Below are positions 1 through 14,844 of a stretch of 64,000 nt of DNA, piece after piece. The position numbers and the translations under genes are program-made. Below the pieces are notes generated by a model. The model was not told the DNA's origin. It saw only the letters and a program-made list of their open reading frames with translations, and made no database searches. This DNA comes from Eledone cirrhosa. Its lineage: Eukaryota. The stretch is taken from contig OZ024748.1 of assembly GCA_964016885.1 (NCBI GenBank), forward strand, positions 7,130,001 through 7,194,000. Reading direction: 5' to 3'. The number at the start of each line of letters is the position of its first letter. Positions within the stretch are counted from its first letter, which is position 1.

Positions 1-460
1 GATGATGGTGGTGGTGGTGGTGGTGATCGTGGTGATGGTGGTGGTGATGATGATGTTGTTAATGGTGGTGTTGGTGATGATGATGGTGGTGATGATGGTG
101 GTGGTGATGATGATGGTGGTGATGATGATCGTGGTGATGATGGTGGTGGTGATGATGATGGTGGTGGTGATGATGGTGGTGGTGATGATCGTGGTGATGA
201 TGCTGTTGTTAATGGTGTTGGTGATGTTGATGATGGTGGTGATGATGGTGTTGGTGATGAAGATGGTGTCGTTGGTGATGATGATCATGGTGATGATGGT
301 GGTGGTGATGATGTTGTTGATGGGGGTGTCAATGTTCGTGATGCTGTTGTTGTTACTATTATTGTTGTTTGTTATGATGGTGACATTGATGTCATTGTTG
401 TTGTTGTTACTGATGATGATGATGATAGATTCATTGTTGTTTGTGTTATTGTTGTTGTTT
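1..460. repeat. (GAT/GGT/GTT)n degenerate trinucleotide tract
   Basis: Direct reading. Confidence 0.9.
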
Positions 461-576
461 CTAAACTTCTCAATGCCAACTATTCCCCTTGAGATAACTT
501 AAATTGTTTGGAGGACATAGTTTCTCGGTGCGAAACTTTAAAGTAGTTGTTACACAACATGTGTGTGTGAACATGT

Positions 577-636
<60 letters not shown>

Positions 637-639
637 GCA

Positions 640-1290
640 ATATAGTAGTAGTATTAGTTGTCCTGTTGGTGGTGGTAGTTGTAGTGCTAGTAGTAGCAAT
701 GGTAGTGTTGGTGGTAGTGGTTGTGGTGTTGCTGGAGGCAGTAGTAGTATTAGTTGTGGTGTTGTTGGTGGTAGTTGTAGTATTAGTAGTAGCAATGGTA
801 GTGTTGGTGGTAGTGGTTGTGGTGTTGCTGGAGGCAGTAGTAGTATTAGTTGTGGTGTTGTTGGTGGTAGTTGTAGTATTAGTAGTAGCAATGGTAGTGT
901 TGGTGGTAGTGGTTGTGGTGTTGCTGGAGGCAGTAGTAGTATTAGTTGTGGTGTTGTTGGTGGTAGTTGTAGTATTAGTAGTAGCAATGGTAGTGTTGGT
1001 GGTAGTGGTTGTGGTGTTGCTGGAGGCAGTAGTAGTATTAGTTGTGGTGTTGTTGGTGGTAGTTGTAGTATTAGTAGTAGCAATGATAGTGTTGGTGGTA
1101 GTGGTTGTGGTGTTGCTGGAGGCAGTAGTAGTATTAATAGTGGTGTTGATGGTGGTAGTTGTAGTATTAGTAGTAGCAATGGTAGTGTTGGTGGTAGTTG
1201 TAGTATTAGTAGTAGCAATGATAGTGTTGGTGGTAGTGGTTGTATTAGTAGTAGCAATGGTAGTGTTGGTGGTAGTGGTTGTGGTGTCAT
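640..1290. repeat. 96-bp minisatellite built from GTA/GTG/GTT triplets, ~5-6 units
   Basis: GCTGGAGGCA recurs with a 96-bp period (731, 827, ...). Confidence 0.9.
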
Positions 1291-1563
1291 CATCTGACTT
1301 ATGTTTTTAGCATAAAGTCAGACTGGAACCAGAAAACAACAAAGAAACCAATGATGGTGATGATGATGATAACAACAATGATGATGATGATGATGATGAT
1401 ATTGATAAAGGAAATAGTATAGATGATGGTAATGGTGATGATGGTATTGACTACACACGGACACACACAGACAGAGATAGGTAGATAGATAGATAGATAG
1501 ATAGAGAGACAGACAGACAGACAGATAGATAGATATCTTTATTTATTTATTTATTAGATATAT

Positions 1564-1598
<35 letters not shown>

Positions 1599-1638
1599 TA
1601 CATAGATAGGTAGATAGATAGATATATACATAGATAGG

Positions 1639-1669
<31 letters not shown>

Positions 1670-1732
1670 GTAAGTAAATGGATGTTGTCCAACGCTTTAA
1701 CGATATTGCCAATCCAGCGTCCTCTAAAGGGT

Positions 1733-1927
1733 TAATAATTGTTTCTACTTTTGGCACAAAGCCAGCAATTACCCCAGTGTATTACTGGTACTTTATTTTA
1801 TCGACCCCGTAAGGATGAAAGGCAAAGTTAACCTCGGCGGGATTTGAACTCAGTCCGTAAAGGAAAGTAACTCTATGCTTCAAAGCATGGCGTCCGACCC
1901 TCTACCGATACTGCCAATCCACCGCCC
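1733..1927 (-). mobile_element. tRNA-derived SINE (family S1), full length; partial second copy at ~1975-2120
   Basis: Pol III A-box-like TGGCAGTATCGG, B-box GAGTTCAAATCCC, conserved body TTTGCCTTTCATCCTTACGGGGTCGATAAAATAAAGTACCAG, (ATT)n tail; imperfect TSD around TAARGGGTTAATAAT. Confidence 0.85.
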
Positions 1928-2494
1928 TTTAAGGGGTTAATAATGCCAACCGTTTGGGGGGGAAGGGAATCGGTTAAACCACCCCAGTGAGTTACTGGTA
2001 CTTTATTTTATCAAGCCTGTAAGGATGAAAGCCAAACTAACCTCGGTGGGATTTGAACTCAGAACTTATAGAGCAGTAAGTAGAATCCCGTTGTCCGACA
2101 TTTTAACCAATCTACTGCCCTCTCGAGATTTAATACTAGCAATACTACCTTTCTACGTTAGAATAGCCAATAGAAATGTCATTAAAACCTGCAGTGAACT
2201 AATCAGAAGATTGAATTAAAGCGTCGATTTAGACGTCAATAACGTCTGTAACGCCAACAGACGCTACGGTGCGTTTTCTAACCTAACGAAGCAACAAAAT
2301 AGAAAATTATGAGACGTTGCTTAGTGTTGCGTGGAAAAGGATGGGACAACAGACTGGCTGAAAGGTTGTTGATGTCAGTGCTAAGTTAATCAGTCAGTTG
2401 ATCAGACGACTGTGTATTCGGTGAGACAAAGTGTGTGTTTTTATTTAGAGCCCCTCTCTCTCTCTCACTCTCTCTCTCACACTCACTCTCTCTC

Positions 2495-2569
<75 letters not shown>

Positions 2570-2669
2570 GTCTGTGTGCGTTTTATTTGGAGCCCCCTTC
2601 TCTCTTTCTGTGTGTGTGTGTGTGTGTGAATTTCTCTGTGTTATACTGTGTGCGTTTTATTTAGAGAAA

Positions 2670-2735
<66 letters not shown>

Positions 2736-2942
2736 TCAGACGTTTTGTCTATGTATCTACTTACACAATGTACATGTGTATATATTTGTATAATATATCT
2801 GTGTATAGACGACACACAGTGTGTATAGATAGACACACAGTGTGTATGTATGTATATTTTAAACATCGTTTCTGTGTGTCTATTTACTCAATGTATATGT
2901 TTGTCTATTTACGCAATATGCCAGTGTGTTTATGTACACATT

Positions 2943-2991
<49 letters not shown>

Positions 2992-3188
2992 ATTGTAAAC
3001 CCTAAACATCTGTCAGTTATAAACATTAACTTAGATTACACAAAACCTTCCACAGTACAACCGACTGACCAGATCTGCTAACGATATTTAATGATTTATT
3101 TTAGCTTCATCAATCATTTCTAGAATCACAACAAAGAGACCCTATGAACTGAGGCAGGGATCTGTAGTAATTTACTGTATGGTATGTA

Positions 3189-3383
3189 CAGACCTGCCAA
3201 CCCCTAAAAACCTAAACGGGGAGTACCATGAAAAGAAGTGCCCCAAAACGGGGAGAAATGAGCCAAAATGGAGAGATTTTTACTAAATGAAAGCTATACC
3301 CATTTCCATAACAGAAGATCTCTCTAACCCACCCTAATGTAGGTGGGCGATCCACACGTCAGCTGGGAGGGTGGTCATGTATG
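3189..3383. mobile_element. Possible hAT-like MITE remnant
   Basis: CAGACCTGCCAACC left end with a degenerate inverse (10/14) at 3370-3383; no clear TSD. Confidence 0.35.
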
Positions 3384-3628
3384 TCTGTATATATTCCAGG
3401 CTATGTGTATGGAACTATTCACTGGATTATTCTTTCTCTACACCAGAAGAAAAAAAGAAACTACCCATCAAAGTAGAATAAAAAATGTAACTTTAGATAT
3501 CATAGCTCCAGTTAAAACCATGTTTGAAACTAAAATATGAGAGACGTTGTTAAAATGTCTTTAATCTTATCTGTGTAGGATCAGAAGAGACCAGGTACTA
3601 AATACCAAAGTAGAGAGGAGGGGGTTAA

Positions 3629-3711
<83 letters not shown>

Positions 3712-3770
3712 TGGTAAACGGAATTATATATATATATATATATATATATAAGTTTTAATATACATGAGAT

Positions 3771-3951
3771 TCTACAGGACTAGAACTGTTTCATTCTTTA
3801 GAAATCATCAGGACTAGAACTGTTTCATTCTTTAGAAATCATCAGGAATCAGGACTAGAACTGTTTCATTCTTTAGAAATCATCATTTACACTCTGCAAT
3901 GTATTGAGTACCTTACTTACTGTGGTTACCTCCGACTCAACCCGGAATAAC

Positions 3952-3952
<1 letters not shown>
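3771..3952. mobile_element. Family A PLE-like fragment with three tandem hammerhead-core segments, flanked by (TA)n
   Basis: Minus strand CTGATGATTTCTAAAGAATGAAACAGTTCTAGTCCTG is repeated (third copy partial), followed on + by the GAGTACCTTACTTACTGTGGTTACC...CCCGGAATAAC tail. Related pieces at 10345-10382, 16530-16572, 38288-38415, 50328-50422 and 47418-47433. Confidence 0.6.
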
Positions 3953-3982
<30 letters not shown>

Positions 3983-4185
3983 AATGTTAGTACAGCATTA
4001 ACGAAGCTTTAGAACACGGCCAAGCTAACGAATGCATAATCGGTCTGTAGCTTTAGCACTCGGATGGGGAAAAGAACCCCAGAGTAATAGCAATACGTTC
4101 AGACAGCTTAGCAAATCAGATATAGCAATCGGCAGTCCAGCCGCAGCACTAGAGCAACGAAAATACAGGACCCAGGAAAAGATTT

Positions 4186-4229
<44 letters not shown>

Positions 4230-4457
4230 GTGAAAGAGTGAAGAATAAGATGGTCGGCTGTACAAAAAGGGTTTTATTTACAATATTAACAATTGTTTCA
4301 TTGATCAGGTGAGTCTAAAGTCCGCTAATCCCATATATACATATATCTAAGGCGGGTAAAATTCCCCAGATCCATGGACGAGTTCTCTCCAGCGGTCTCT
4401 GTCCCTCATTATCGCTGCCATGTCCTGCATCTCCAACAGACCAGTGTCTGTCCTAAG

Positions 4458-4531
<74 letters not shown>

Positions 4532-4780
4532 ATGCCTGTGTTCGTAAAAGGTGTAGTTAATATGAAATGAAGTAAGTGAAGATAGGAATCGATAAAAAAA
4601 TCTATTGTTGCCTGTTAAACACACACATACACACACATATACACATATATACACACAGACAGACATACATAAATACACACATATATACCGACCTACCTAC
4701 CTACATACATACACACATCCATACCTACCTACACCCATATATACATACATGTGTGTGTATATGTCTGTGTGTATGTGTGT

Positions 4781-4866
<86 letters not shown>

Positions 4867-5016
4867 AATTACATCACAGTTCGTTGAATAACATCACACT
4901 TGATGTTTTACAGATCAATTTAACAAATTTATCGATGTTGAGTATATACTTTAAATAAACTTTTTCTCTATATATTGATATTCTTGTTGCTATTATTCTT
5001 ATCTATTATTATTATT

Positions 5017-5184
5017 AGGGTCGGACGTCATGCCTTGACGCATAGAGTTACGGCCCTTTCCATTCTGAGTTCAAATCCTGCCGAGGTTAACTTTGCCTTT
5101 CATCCTTACGGGGTCGATAAAATAAAGTACCAGTAATGCACTGGGTAATTGCTGGCCTTGTGCCAAAAGTAGAAACAATTATTA
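5017..5184 (+). mobile_element. SINE S1, 5'-truncated
   Basis: High identity to the other S1 copies. Confidence 0.85.
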
Positions 5185-5192
5185 TATATATA

Positions 5193-5226
<34 letters not shown>

Positions 5227-6055
5227 TATATATTTAAACAAGTGTATATGCGGTTATCACATAATAAACTTCTGGAATGCTTTACATATTTTCGCATATA
5301 TGTTATAGTAATTTCTTAATTAGTTGTGACCGTTCTGGTTTTGTAGTACCCAGCTTCTGAAGGTCGGTACTAATATAGTTACTTACATACCCTAGAATAC
5401 CAATAAAGACAGGTACACATTTGAAAGTAATGCAAATTTATATTTTCTGTTTTTATCATTTAACTACTGTATGCAATATCATTCGGTTTGTGTCTGTAAG
5501 GCCTACCTATTACAGGGTCTTTAACAGGAATCATTTATCAATATTCTTTAATATTATAACGATTTCTTTATAAAGATCAAAGTGAGTCAGAATATGTGTG
5601 TACACGTAGATGAATATATACCGTGAAAGAGCGGAGGAGTTCAGGAGAGCGAACGGCCATCCAATAAAGTGTTTTGTTTTTTGTTTTTTGTTGAGCAAGA
5701 GACTCCTAGTCTTCATTAAGACATCTCTCTAGGAGAAGGTCACTCTGATATCAAACCTACGACATCATTTGCATCCAATGATGTTGACCAATTCTACTTT
5801 TGGAGTAAATGCAATCGATGTTCAGAGAGAAGGATTGGCTCCGTGCAAAGCCTTTCCTTATTTGGAAAAGACTCAAGCACAACCATACATTGATATGTGA
5901 CATTTTTTGCGATGCACGGTATTGCTGGCCACAGGCAAGTCCCTAGTTGGACTAAGAGCCACGTCTGTGATGCTCATGCTGAAGTATCAAGCGATGGCAT
6001 TACTCGAAATATATATACATATATACATATTTATATATATATATATATATATATA

Positions 6056-6387
6056 TAAGATCAAAAGATGGTTAAAAGAGTTCCATGTATTTTATTATGC
6101 GCATTTCAAAAACAAATATCATCATGCAATAACATTTGTGTTTTCATCAGATAAAATAGGAAGACATGATATGAAGGTTAAAAACCACTTGTGAATAGTG
6201 CAGTTTTAAATCAACATATAGAACTCTTTTAACCATCTTTTAACCATCTTTTGATCTTATATATTATATCTTTTAACCATCTTTTGTTCTTATATATTAT
6301 GTATACTCCAGTCCTACAAATTGTAGAGTGCTTCTTATCCGATATCTGCATTGCTTTATTGTACTACAATAAAACTCACCTCCTACA
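6056..6387. mobile_element. Family B PLE-like hammerhead element with partly deleted inverted arm, in (TA)n
   Basis: Homologous to 16722-17200 and 35258-35372. ATAAGATCAAAAGATGGTTAAAAGAGTTC is inverted at ~6220-6300; GTAGAGTGCT motif in the tail. Confidence 0.7.
6088..6158 (-). ncRNA. Minimal type I hammerhead ribozyme (family B element)
   Basis: TATTTTAT-CTGATGA-stem II-GAA-ATGCGCAT-A|ATAAAATA. Stem II differences from the 16.9 kb copy mostly retain pairing through G-U. Confidence 0.75.
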
Positions 6388-6408
6388 TATATATATATAT
6401 ATATAAAT

Positions 6409-6484
<76 letters not shown>

Positions 6485-6589
6485 CCAACGGTGTTAATGT
6501 CCATATGCCTTTCTACGTATGGATGTAATAAACAAAATGTATCACTGTTAAAAGATCAATATTTATACATTCAGTGGTGTGTAGATGTG

Positions 6590-7510
6590 ATTGGGCTGTG
6601 TGTATGTATCTGTATGTGTGACTCGGCTGTGTATGTATCTGTATGTGTGACTCGGCTGTGTGTAAGTATCTGTATGTGTGACTCGGCTGTGTATGTATCT
6701 GTATGTGTGACTCGGCTGTGTATGTATCTGTATGTGTAACTCGGCTGTGTGTAAGTATCTGTAGATGTGACTCGGCTGTGTATGTATCTGTAGATGTGAC
6801 TCGGCTGTGTATGTATCTGTATGTGTAACTCGGCTGTGTGTAAGTATCTGTATATGTGATTCGGCTGTGTGTAAGTATCTGTATGTGTGACTCGGCTGTG
6901 TATGTATCTGTATGTGTGACTCGGCTGTGTATGTATCTGTATGTGTGACTCGGCTGTGTATGTATCTGTATGTGTGACTCGGCTGTGTATGTATCTGTAT
7001 GTGTGACTCGGCTGTGTATGTATCTGTATGTGTGACTCGGCTGTGTATGTATCTGTATGTGTGACTCGGCTGTGTATGTATCTGTATGTGTGACTCGGCT
7101 GTGTATGTATCTGTATGTGTGACTCGGCTGTGTATGTATCTGTATGTGTGACTCGGCTGTGTATGTATCTGTAGATGTGACTCGGCTGTGTATGTATCTG
7201 TATGTGTGACTCGGCTGTGTATGTATCTGTATGTGTAACTCGGCTGTGTGTAAGTATCTGTATATGTGATTCGGCTGTGTATGTATCTGTATGTGTGACT
7301 CGGCTGTGTATGTATCTGTATGTGTAACTCGGCTGTGTGTAAGTATCTGTATATGTGATTCGGCTGTGTGTAAGTATCTGTATGTGTGACTCGGCTGTGT
7401 ATGTATCTGTATGTGTAACTCGGCTGTGTGTAAGTATCTGTATATGTGATTCGGCTGTGTGTAAGTATCTGTATGTGTGATTCGGCTGTGTGTATGTATC
7501 TGTATGTGTG
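6590..7510. repeat. 29/31-bp minisatellite CTCGGCTGTGTATGTATCTGTATGTGTGA, ~30 units
   Basis: Direct reading. Confidence 0.95.
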
Positions 7511-8150
7511 TAATTTTTATTGGGTGGGGGTCTGTGTGTATAGTATATAAGTGAGAATATGTGTCTGTATTCGTATGTGAGAGCGTGTGTGTGTAAGTGT
7601 ATGTGTGAGTAAGTGTATGTGTGTGTAAGTGTATGTGTGTGTAAGTGTATGTGTGTGTAAGTGTATGTGTGTTTAAGTGTATGTGTGTAAGGAGAAAATC
7701 AAATCAGAATGCATTGAAAATAATTGTTTTAGAGGCAGAAATATTTAATATATTTATAAACATCACTTCAATATTGTAACCTGACAGTAGAATATATGAT
7801 GTATGTCACCCGAGAGTGATAGGGGGAGAGAGTAGAGAGAGGGAGGATGTAGAGAGAGGGGGAGTGAGTAGAGAGAGAGAGAGAGAGAACATTGAGAGAG
7901 AACGAAAGAAGAGGGCGAATGAGAGAGAGAAAGAGCGAAAGAAAGACGGCGTGAGAGAGAGATGTAGAGAGAGGGATAGTGTAGAGAGAGGGTAAAGGAA
8001 TAGAAAAAAGGGGGAGTGAATAGAGAGAGAGAGCGCGAGAGAGAGAGCAAAAGGAAGACGGTGAGAGAGAAAGAGAGAAAGCGAGAAAGAGAAAAATTTC
8101 TAATTTTGCATCTAAGCCTACCTTTTGAAAGCAAATGTATTTAAGGGGCC

Positions 8151-9772
8151 GTAAACATCTGCAGCTACTGTAAACATGTGCAGCGACTGTAAACATGTGC
8201 AGCTACTGTAAACATGTGCAGCGACTGTAAACATGTGCAGCGACTGTAAACATGTGCAGCTACTGTAAACATGTGCAGCGACTGTAAACATGTGCAGCGA
8301 CTGTAAACATCTGCAGCGACTGTAAACATCTGCAGCGACTGTAAACATGTGCAGCGACTGTAAACATGTGCAGCGACTGTAAACATGTGCAGCGACTGTA
8401 AACATGTGCAGCGACTGTAAACATGTGCAGCGACTGTAAACATCTGCAGCTGCTGTAAACATCTGCAGCTGCTGTAAACATCTGCAGCGACTGTAAACAT
8501 CTGCAGCTACTGTAAACATCTGCAGCGACTGTAAACATCTGCAGCGACTGTAAACATCTGCAGCGACTGTAAACATGTGCAGCGACTGTAAACATGTCCA
8601 GCGACTGTAAACATGTGCAGCGACTGTAAACATGTGCAGCGACTGTAAACATGTGCAGCGACTGTAAACATCTGCAGCGACTGTAAACATCTGAAGCGAC
8701 TGTAAACATCTGCAGCGACTGTAAACATCTGAAGCGACTGTAAACATGTGCAGCGACTGTAAACATGTGCAGCGACTGTAAACATGTGCAGCGACTGTAA
8801 ACATCTGCAGCGACTGTAAACATCTGCAGCGACTGTAAACATCTGCAGCGATTGTAAACATCTGCAGCGACTGTAAACATCTGCAGCCACTGTAAACATC
8901 TGCAGCGACTGTAAACATCTGCATCTACTGTAAACATCTGCAGCTACTGTAAACATGTGCAGCTACTGTAAACATGTGCAGCGACTGTAAACATCTGTAG
9001 CGACTGTAAACATGTGCAGCGACTGTAAACATGTGCAGCTACTGTAAACATCTGCAGCGACTGTAAACATCTGCAGCGACTGTAAACATCTGCAGCGACT
9101 GTAAACATCTGCAGCGACTGTAAACATCTGCAGCTACTGTAAACATCTGCAGCTACTGTAAACATCTGCAGCGACTGTAAACATCTGCAGCTACTGTAAA
9201 CATCTGCAGCGACTGTAAACATCTGCAGCGACTGTAAACATCTGCAGCGACTGTAAACATCTGCAGCGACTGTAAACATCTGCAGCGACTGTAAACATCT
9301 GCAGCTACTGTAAACATCTGCAGCTACTGTAAACATCTGCAGCGACTGTAAACATCTGCAGCTACTGTAAACATGTGCAGCGACTGTAAACATGTGCAGC
9401 GACTGTAAACATCTGCAGCGACTGTAAACATCTGCAGCGACTGTAAACATCTGCAGCTACTGTAAACATGTGCAGCGACTGTAAATATCTGCAGCGACTG
9501 TAAACATCTGCAGCGACTGTAAACATCTGCAGCGACTGTAAACATCTGCAGCGACTGTAAACATGTGCAGCTACTGTAAACATGTGCAGCGACTGTAAAC
9601 ATCTGCAGCGACTGTAAACATCTGCAGCGACTGTAAACATGTGCAGCGACTGTAAACATGTGCAGCGACTGTAAACATGTGCAGCGACTGTAAACATCTG
9701 CAGCGACTGTAAACATCTGAAGCGACTGTAAACATGTGCAGCGACTGTAAACATGTGCAGCGACTGTAAACA
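8151..9772. repeat. 19-bp minisatellite GCAGC(G/T)ACTGTAAACAT(C/G)T, ~85 units
   Basis: Direct reading; no spacers. Confidence 0.97.
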
Positions 9773-10267
9773 CTGTTGGCATTGAAATGTAATTATGACT
9801 TCTAAGAGAGACACGAGGTATTTATTAGAATTGTTGAAGTCCCAACAAACAGATAATGTTCATACAATTTACAAGGACAAGAACGTCAAGAGAATTAATT
9901 TCAAAATGGCTACATTTGGGAAGCCACAATATTTGAAACATAGATATGGAAGTAAACAACTGTACCATCTCATGTGATCTCACTTGATCCATTGATGGAA
10001 GATATAATAAGGTTTCTTGATATGGGAGAAAGACCAGCTAAATCACTTTCAAATCCCTATAATACCGCAATATTGGGCCATAACGTAAAGTGTTTATAAC
10101 GTCTATAAGATGGCGTAGCTCTCAGATGGGATATAGCTGATGCTATATTTTTATGTTCGAGGGTGACAACAAAAGCAATGCAAACAATACACATACGCAA
10201 ACATACACTCACACACACACGCACAAACTTACAGACACACACGCATGTTTTTATGGACCTGTTATAC

Positions 10268-11384
<1,117 letters not shown>

Positions 11385-11796
11385 TTAGATACCTGTATGT
11401 CTATATACAAAGTTAAGTTTCTGAGAAGATGGCTGATTGAACAGGCATTCCGAGACAAGAAATAGGTAGTAACTTCACCACTACCACGCTAGTCGATATA
11501 TTGAACTCCATCGATCAACCGACCCTCTGAAACGATCGTAAAACAATGACTAACTAACTACCTAAGCCTGACTTCTGTTTCTTTTGCTATGTCCAAACAC
11601 AACCCAGACATACAGACAGACAGACAGATATATAAACAAACGTACATAAATTCATTCACAAAATCTCTCAGATATATATTTGTAGAAAATGATCTCCGTG
11701 TAAAGAAATGTCTATGTCTCTATGTATATAGTATGTCTACATGAATATGTATTTATGCGCGTGTGTCTGTGTGTGTGTATATATATATACACACAC

Positions 11797-11845
<49 letters not shown>

Positions 11846-11931
11846 ACACGCACATTATATATCTATACATGTGCGTGTGAGTGTATGTGTCTATATATAC
11901 ACACACATTATATATATACATCTGCGTGTGA

Positions 11932-11974
<43 letters not shown>

Positions 11975-12453
11975 TTATATATATATACATGTGCGTGTGA
12001 GTGTGTGTGTATATATATATATATATACACACACATTATATATATACATACATGTGTGGGTGAGTGTATGTATGTGAGTGTATGTTTTAGCCTTGACCCT
12101 GTCTTTTGATAACAACCCGTCATTAGCAATAACTTACAAAGACGACAGCCAAATATATTTGAAACCTGATACTTACCAATGAACTAAACAGACAACACTG
12201 GTGTATATAATATATTCTTGATGTATATACCACTATGTGACTTTCCCTCTGTCTGTTTCTACTTGTGTTGATGTATATATATATGTATGTATATATGTAC
12301 ATTCATGTAAACCTATATACATACATACTTATATATAAACATTTATTTATATATAGAGACTTGCGGTTGGATGGGTCTGTGTGCACGTGTGTATTTATGT
12401 TTTTATTTGTATGTTGATGTATACACTGCTTTCTTTGAGCGTGTGTGTGTGTT

Positions 12454-12497
<44 letters not shown>

Positions 12498-13454
12498 GCC
12501 CTCCCCATTTCTCTCTCTCGTTCCTCTCGCCCCCCCCTCTCTCTCTCTCTCTCTCTCCCTGTATGTGTGTTCTTTATATCTCTGTTATATCTATACATGT
12601 CTGTTCACATTCCTTGTTATTGTTGCTGACGTTGTTAGTATGCTGGGACACCCCTGTTAGTCCTGAACCAGAAGTTCTCTCATCAAAGTTAGAGCCATGA
12701 CTATCATGTTTATTATTCAGACATAAGTGTACCTAGGACTACATAATCCAATGCATCCTTTCAGGGTGTGGGTTCCATACATGGAAACAATATGGAAGGT
12801 TGTCTGTTGACTGTACCTGTAATACAAGTGGGGCTTTTTTATCCTACACACCATTTCATATGTATGTTTGCACAATGAATGCCATAAAATGTGCGTGTCC
12901 TTGGAAAAATATAGAGAGTGGTAGTGAGAGATAATATTTGTAATTAAAAAGGTCCACTTTTTCACCAATATCCCACTGATTCTCCCTGAGGACTAAGGTA
13001 TAGTAAATATTGTACCTGCTACTAAATGGGACCAACCATATCCCATACAGCGAGACACTGATTCTACCTGAAACGTAGACTTGTGTGCGAAATATTCAAC
13101 CTATTAAGACTATAATTTCAACAGTTCTCGCCGAAAGTGACGGAAGACCCATCATGTGTATTTCATTGTTGTCAAAGTTGCTCTACATCTCCTCTATCAC
13201 AACAACTTTAAACAAGTAGGTAGTTCCATTGATCGAACAACTAGATCAGTGCTCGTCGAAAGAGACGGGAGATCCATCATGTGTAATTCACTGACAAGGT
13301 CCTATATGTCGTCTGTCATAACAACGAGATAGAATAAAATATAGGAATCCATTACGGTTGGTTACCTTTACCGTAGAACGATGAAAGAATTAATCAAACA
13401 TCAAAAGAAACAAATTATAACAAAGAAAATATGAAAAAGAAGAAAAAAAAATGA

Positions 13455-13510
<56 letters not shown>

Positions 13511-14844
13511 TGTTTTCATAATACTAATAATAATATATTACAAAAATCATTAATTTGCGAATGAATGAACAAAATAAATATTTCTATGACAGACACGAGG
13601 CCCAGGTATTTATTGGGGGAAAACTTATAGTTGACATCTGTTCTTAACTAGTATTTATTTTGTCAGCTTTGAGAAGGTAGCAGGCTGTCACCAAGATTTG
13701 AACTCAGTGTGTGTATAATTGAAATCAAAATGAATATATATATATATACGCTTGTTCAGCCAGAATCTTGATTTGAAATCGTGTTTTGAAAGGGGTATTG
13801 TTATATTTGGGGATGGTCAATTTTTTGTCGATTGAAATAACAGCATAACGACAAAATGAAATAGAAATGTAAGACCGGAAAAAGAAGAGGCACAAACAAT
13901 CGATAGTCCATTGAAGAGGTCACATATTGGTGTGACGAAAACGCTTTGACGGAAGTTTAAAGATAATGTGAAAGTTACAAAATGACCAACACCATCCCCA
14001 AATATAACAAAATGAATATAATTAAATAAATTTCATCTTAGTACCTACTGGTACTTTATCTTAACGGCCCCGAGATGTTAGGTGTAATCTACCCCGACCG
14101 AGATTTGAACTGGAAACAAGTGTTGTATAAGTACGACGTCAGTACTTAAATGGTAAACTGAACTTTGACAGGACTTGAAATTCGAAAGGGGAAAGTTGAG
14201 GACTAAATACTACAAGGTATTTTGTACGACAAATCCTGATTGTGACAAACCTCTCACCTAGAGCTAAAGAAGTAAATATAAACAACAAACTACAAAATAT
14301 GAATCAAATACAACTCCAACAACGACAACAACAATAACAACAACAACAACAACAACATCAACAAAATAATTACAATAACAACAATAATTACTAATCATGA
14401 TCAAGAAGAGCAGCAACAACAAAAGCAACACTATAACTAATAAAACAACCACAAAAACAACTACTAAAACAACAACAACCACAAAAACAACAAAACAACA
14501 ACTAATAAAGCAATAATACAACTACTAAAACAACAATAACAATCACAAAAACAACAACTACTAAATCATACAACAACAAAACAATTACAACAACAAAAGC
14601 TACAAATAATAAGAAAAGGAGGGAAGAGAACGGAAGTAAATTGACCAATTAATAACAATTAATAAAGATAAAGAGATAGAGAGAGATAACAGAGTATAGT
14701 AAATATATACATATATATATATATGTGTGTGTGTGTGTATGTGTGTGTGTATGTGTGTGTGTGTGTGTGTGTGTGGTTGACTGAAGGACAGAGAGAGTGG
14801 TAGAATGGAGGGGAGAGTGAGAGTGGGACAGAGAGAGATTGAGA

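Noticed and set aside
2-1310. Val/Met-, Gly/Ser- and Pro/Leu-rich ORFs
   Set aside because: Translations of trinucleotide and 96-bp repeats, open in several frames, with no splice or codon evidence.
1321-1332. Minus-strand TGGTTCCAG (WFQ) as a homeobox
   Set aside because: Followed by SDFML, not NRRMK; no homeodomain context.
1733-1927. tRNA gene
   Set aside because: A/B boxes are present but there is no cloverleaf; multi-copy with tail and TSDs, hence a SINE.
8118-9814. Cys-rich repetitive ORFs / CRISPR-like array
   Set aside because: 19-bp tandem repeat without unique spacers; eukaryotic context with no cas genes.
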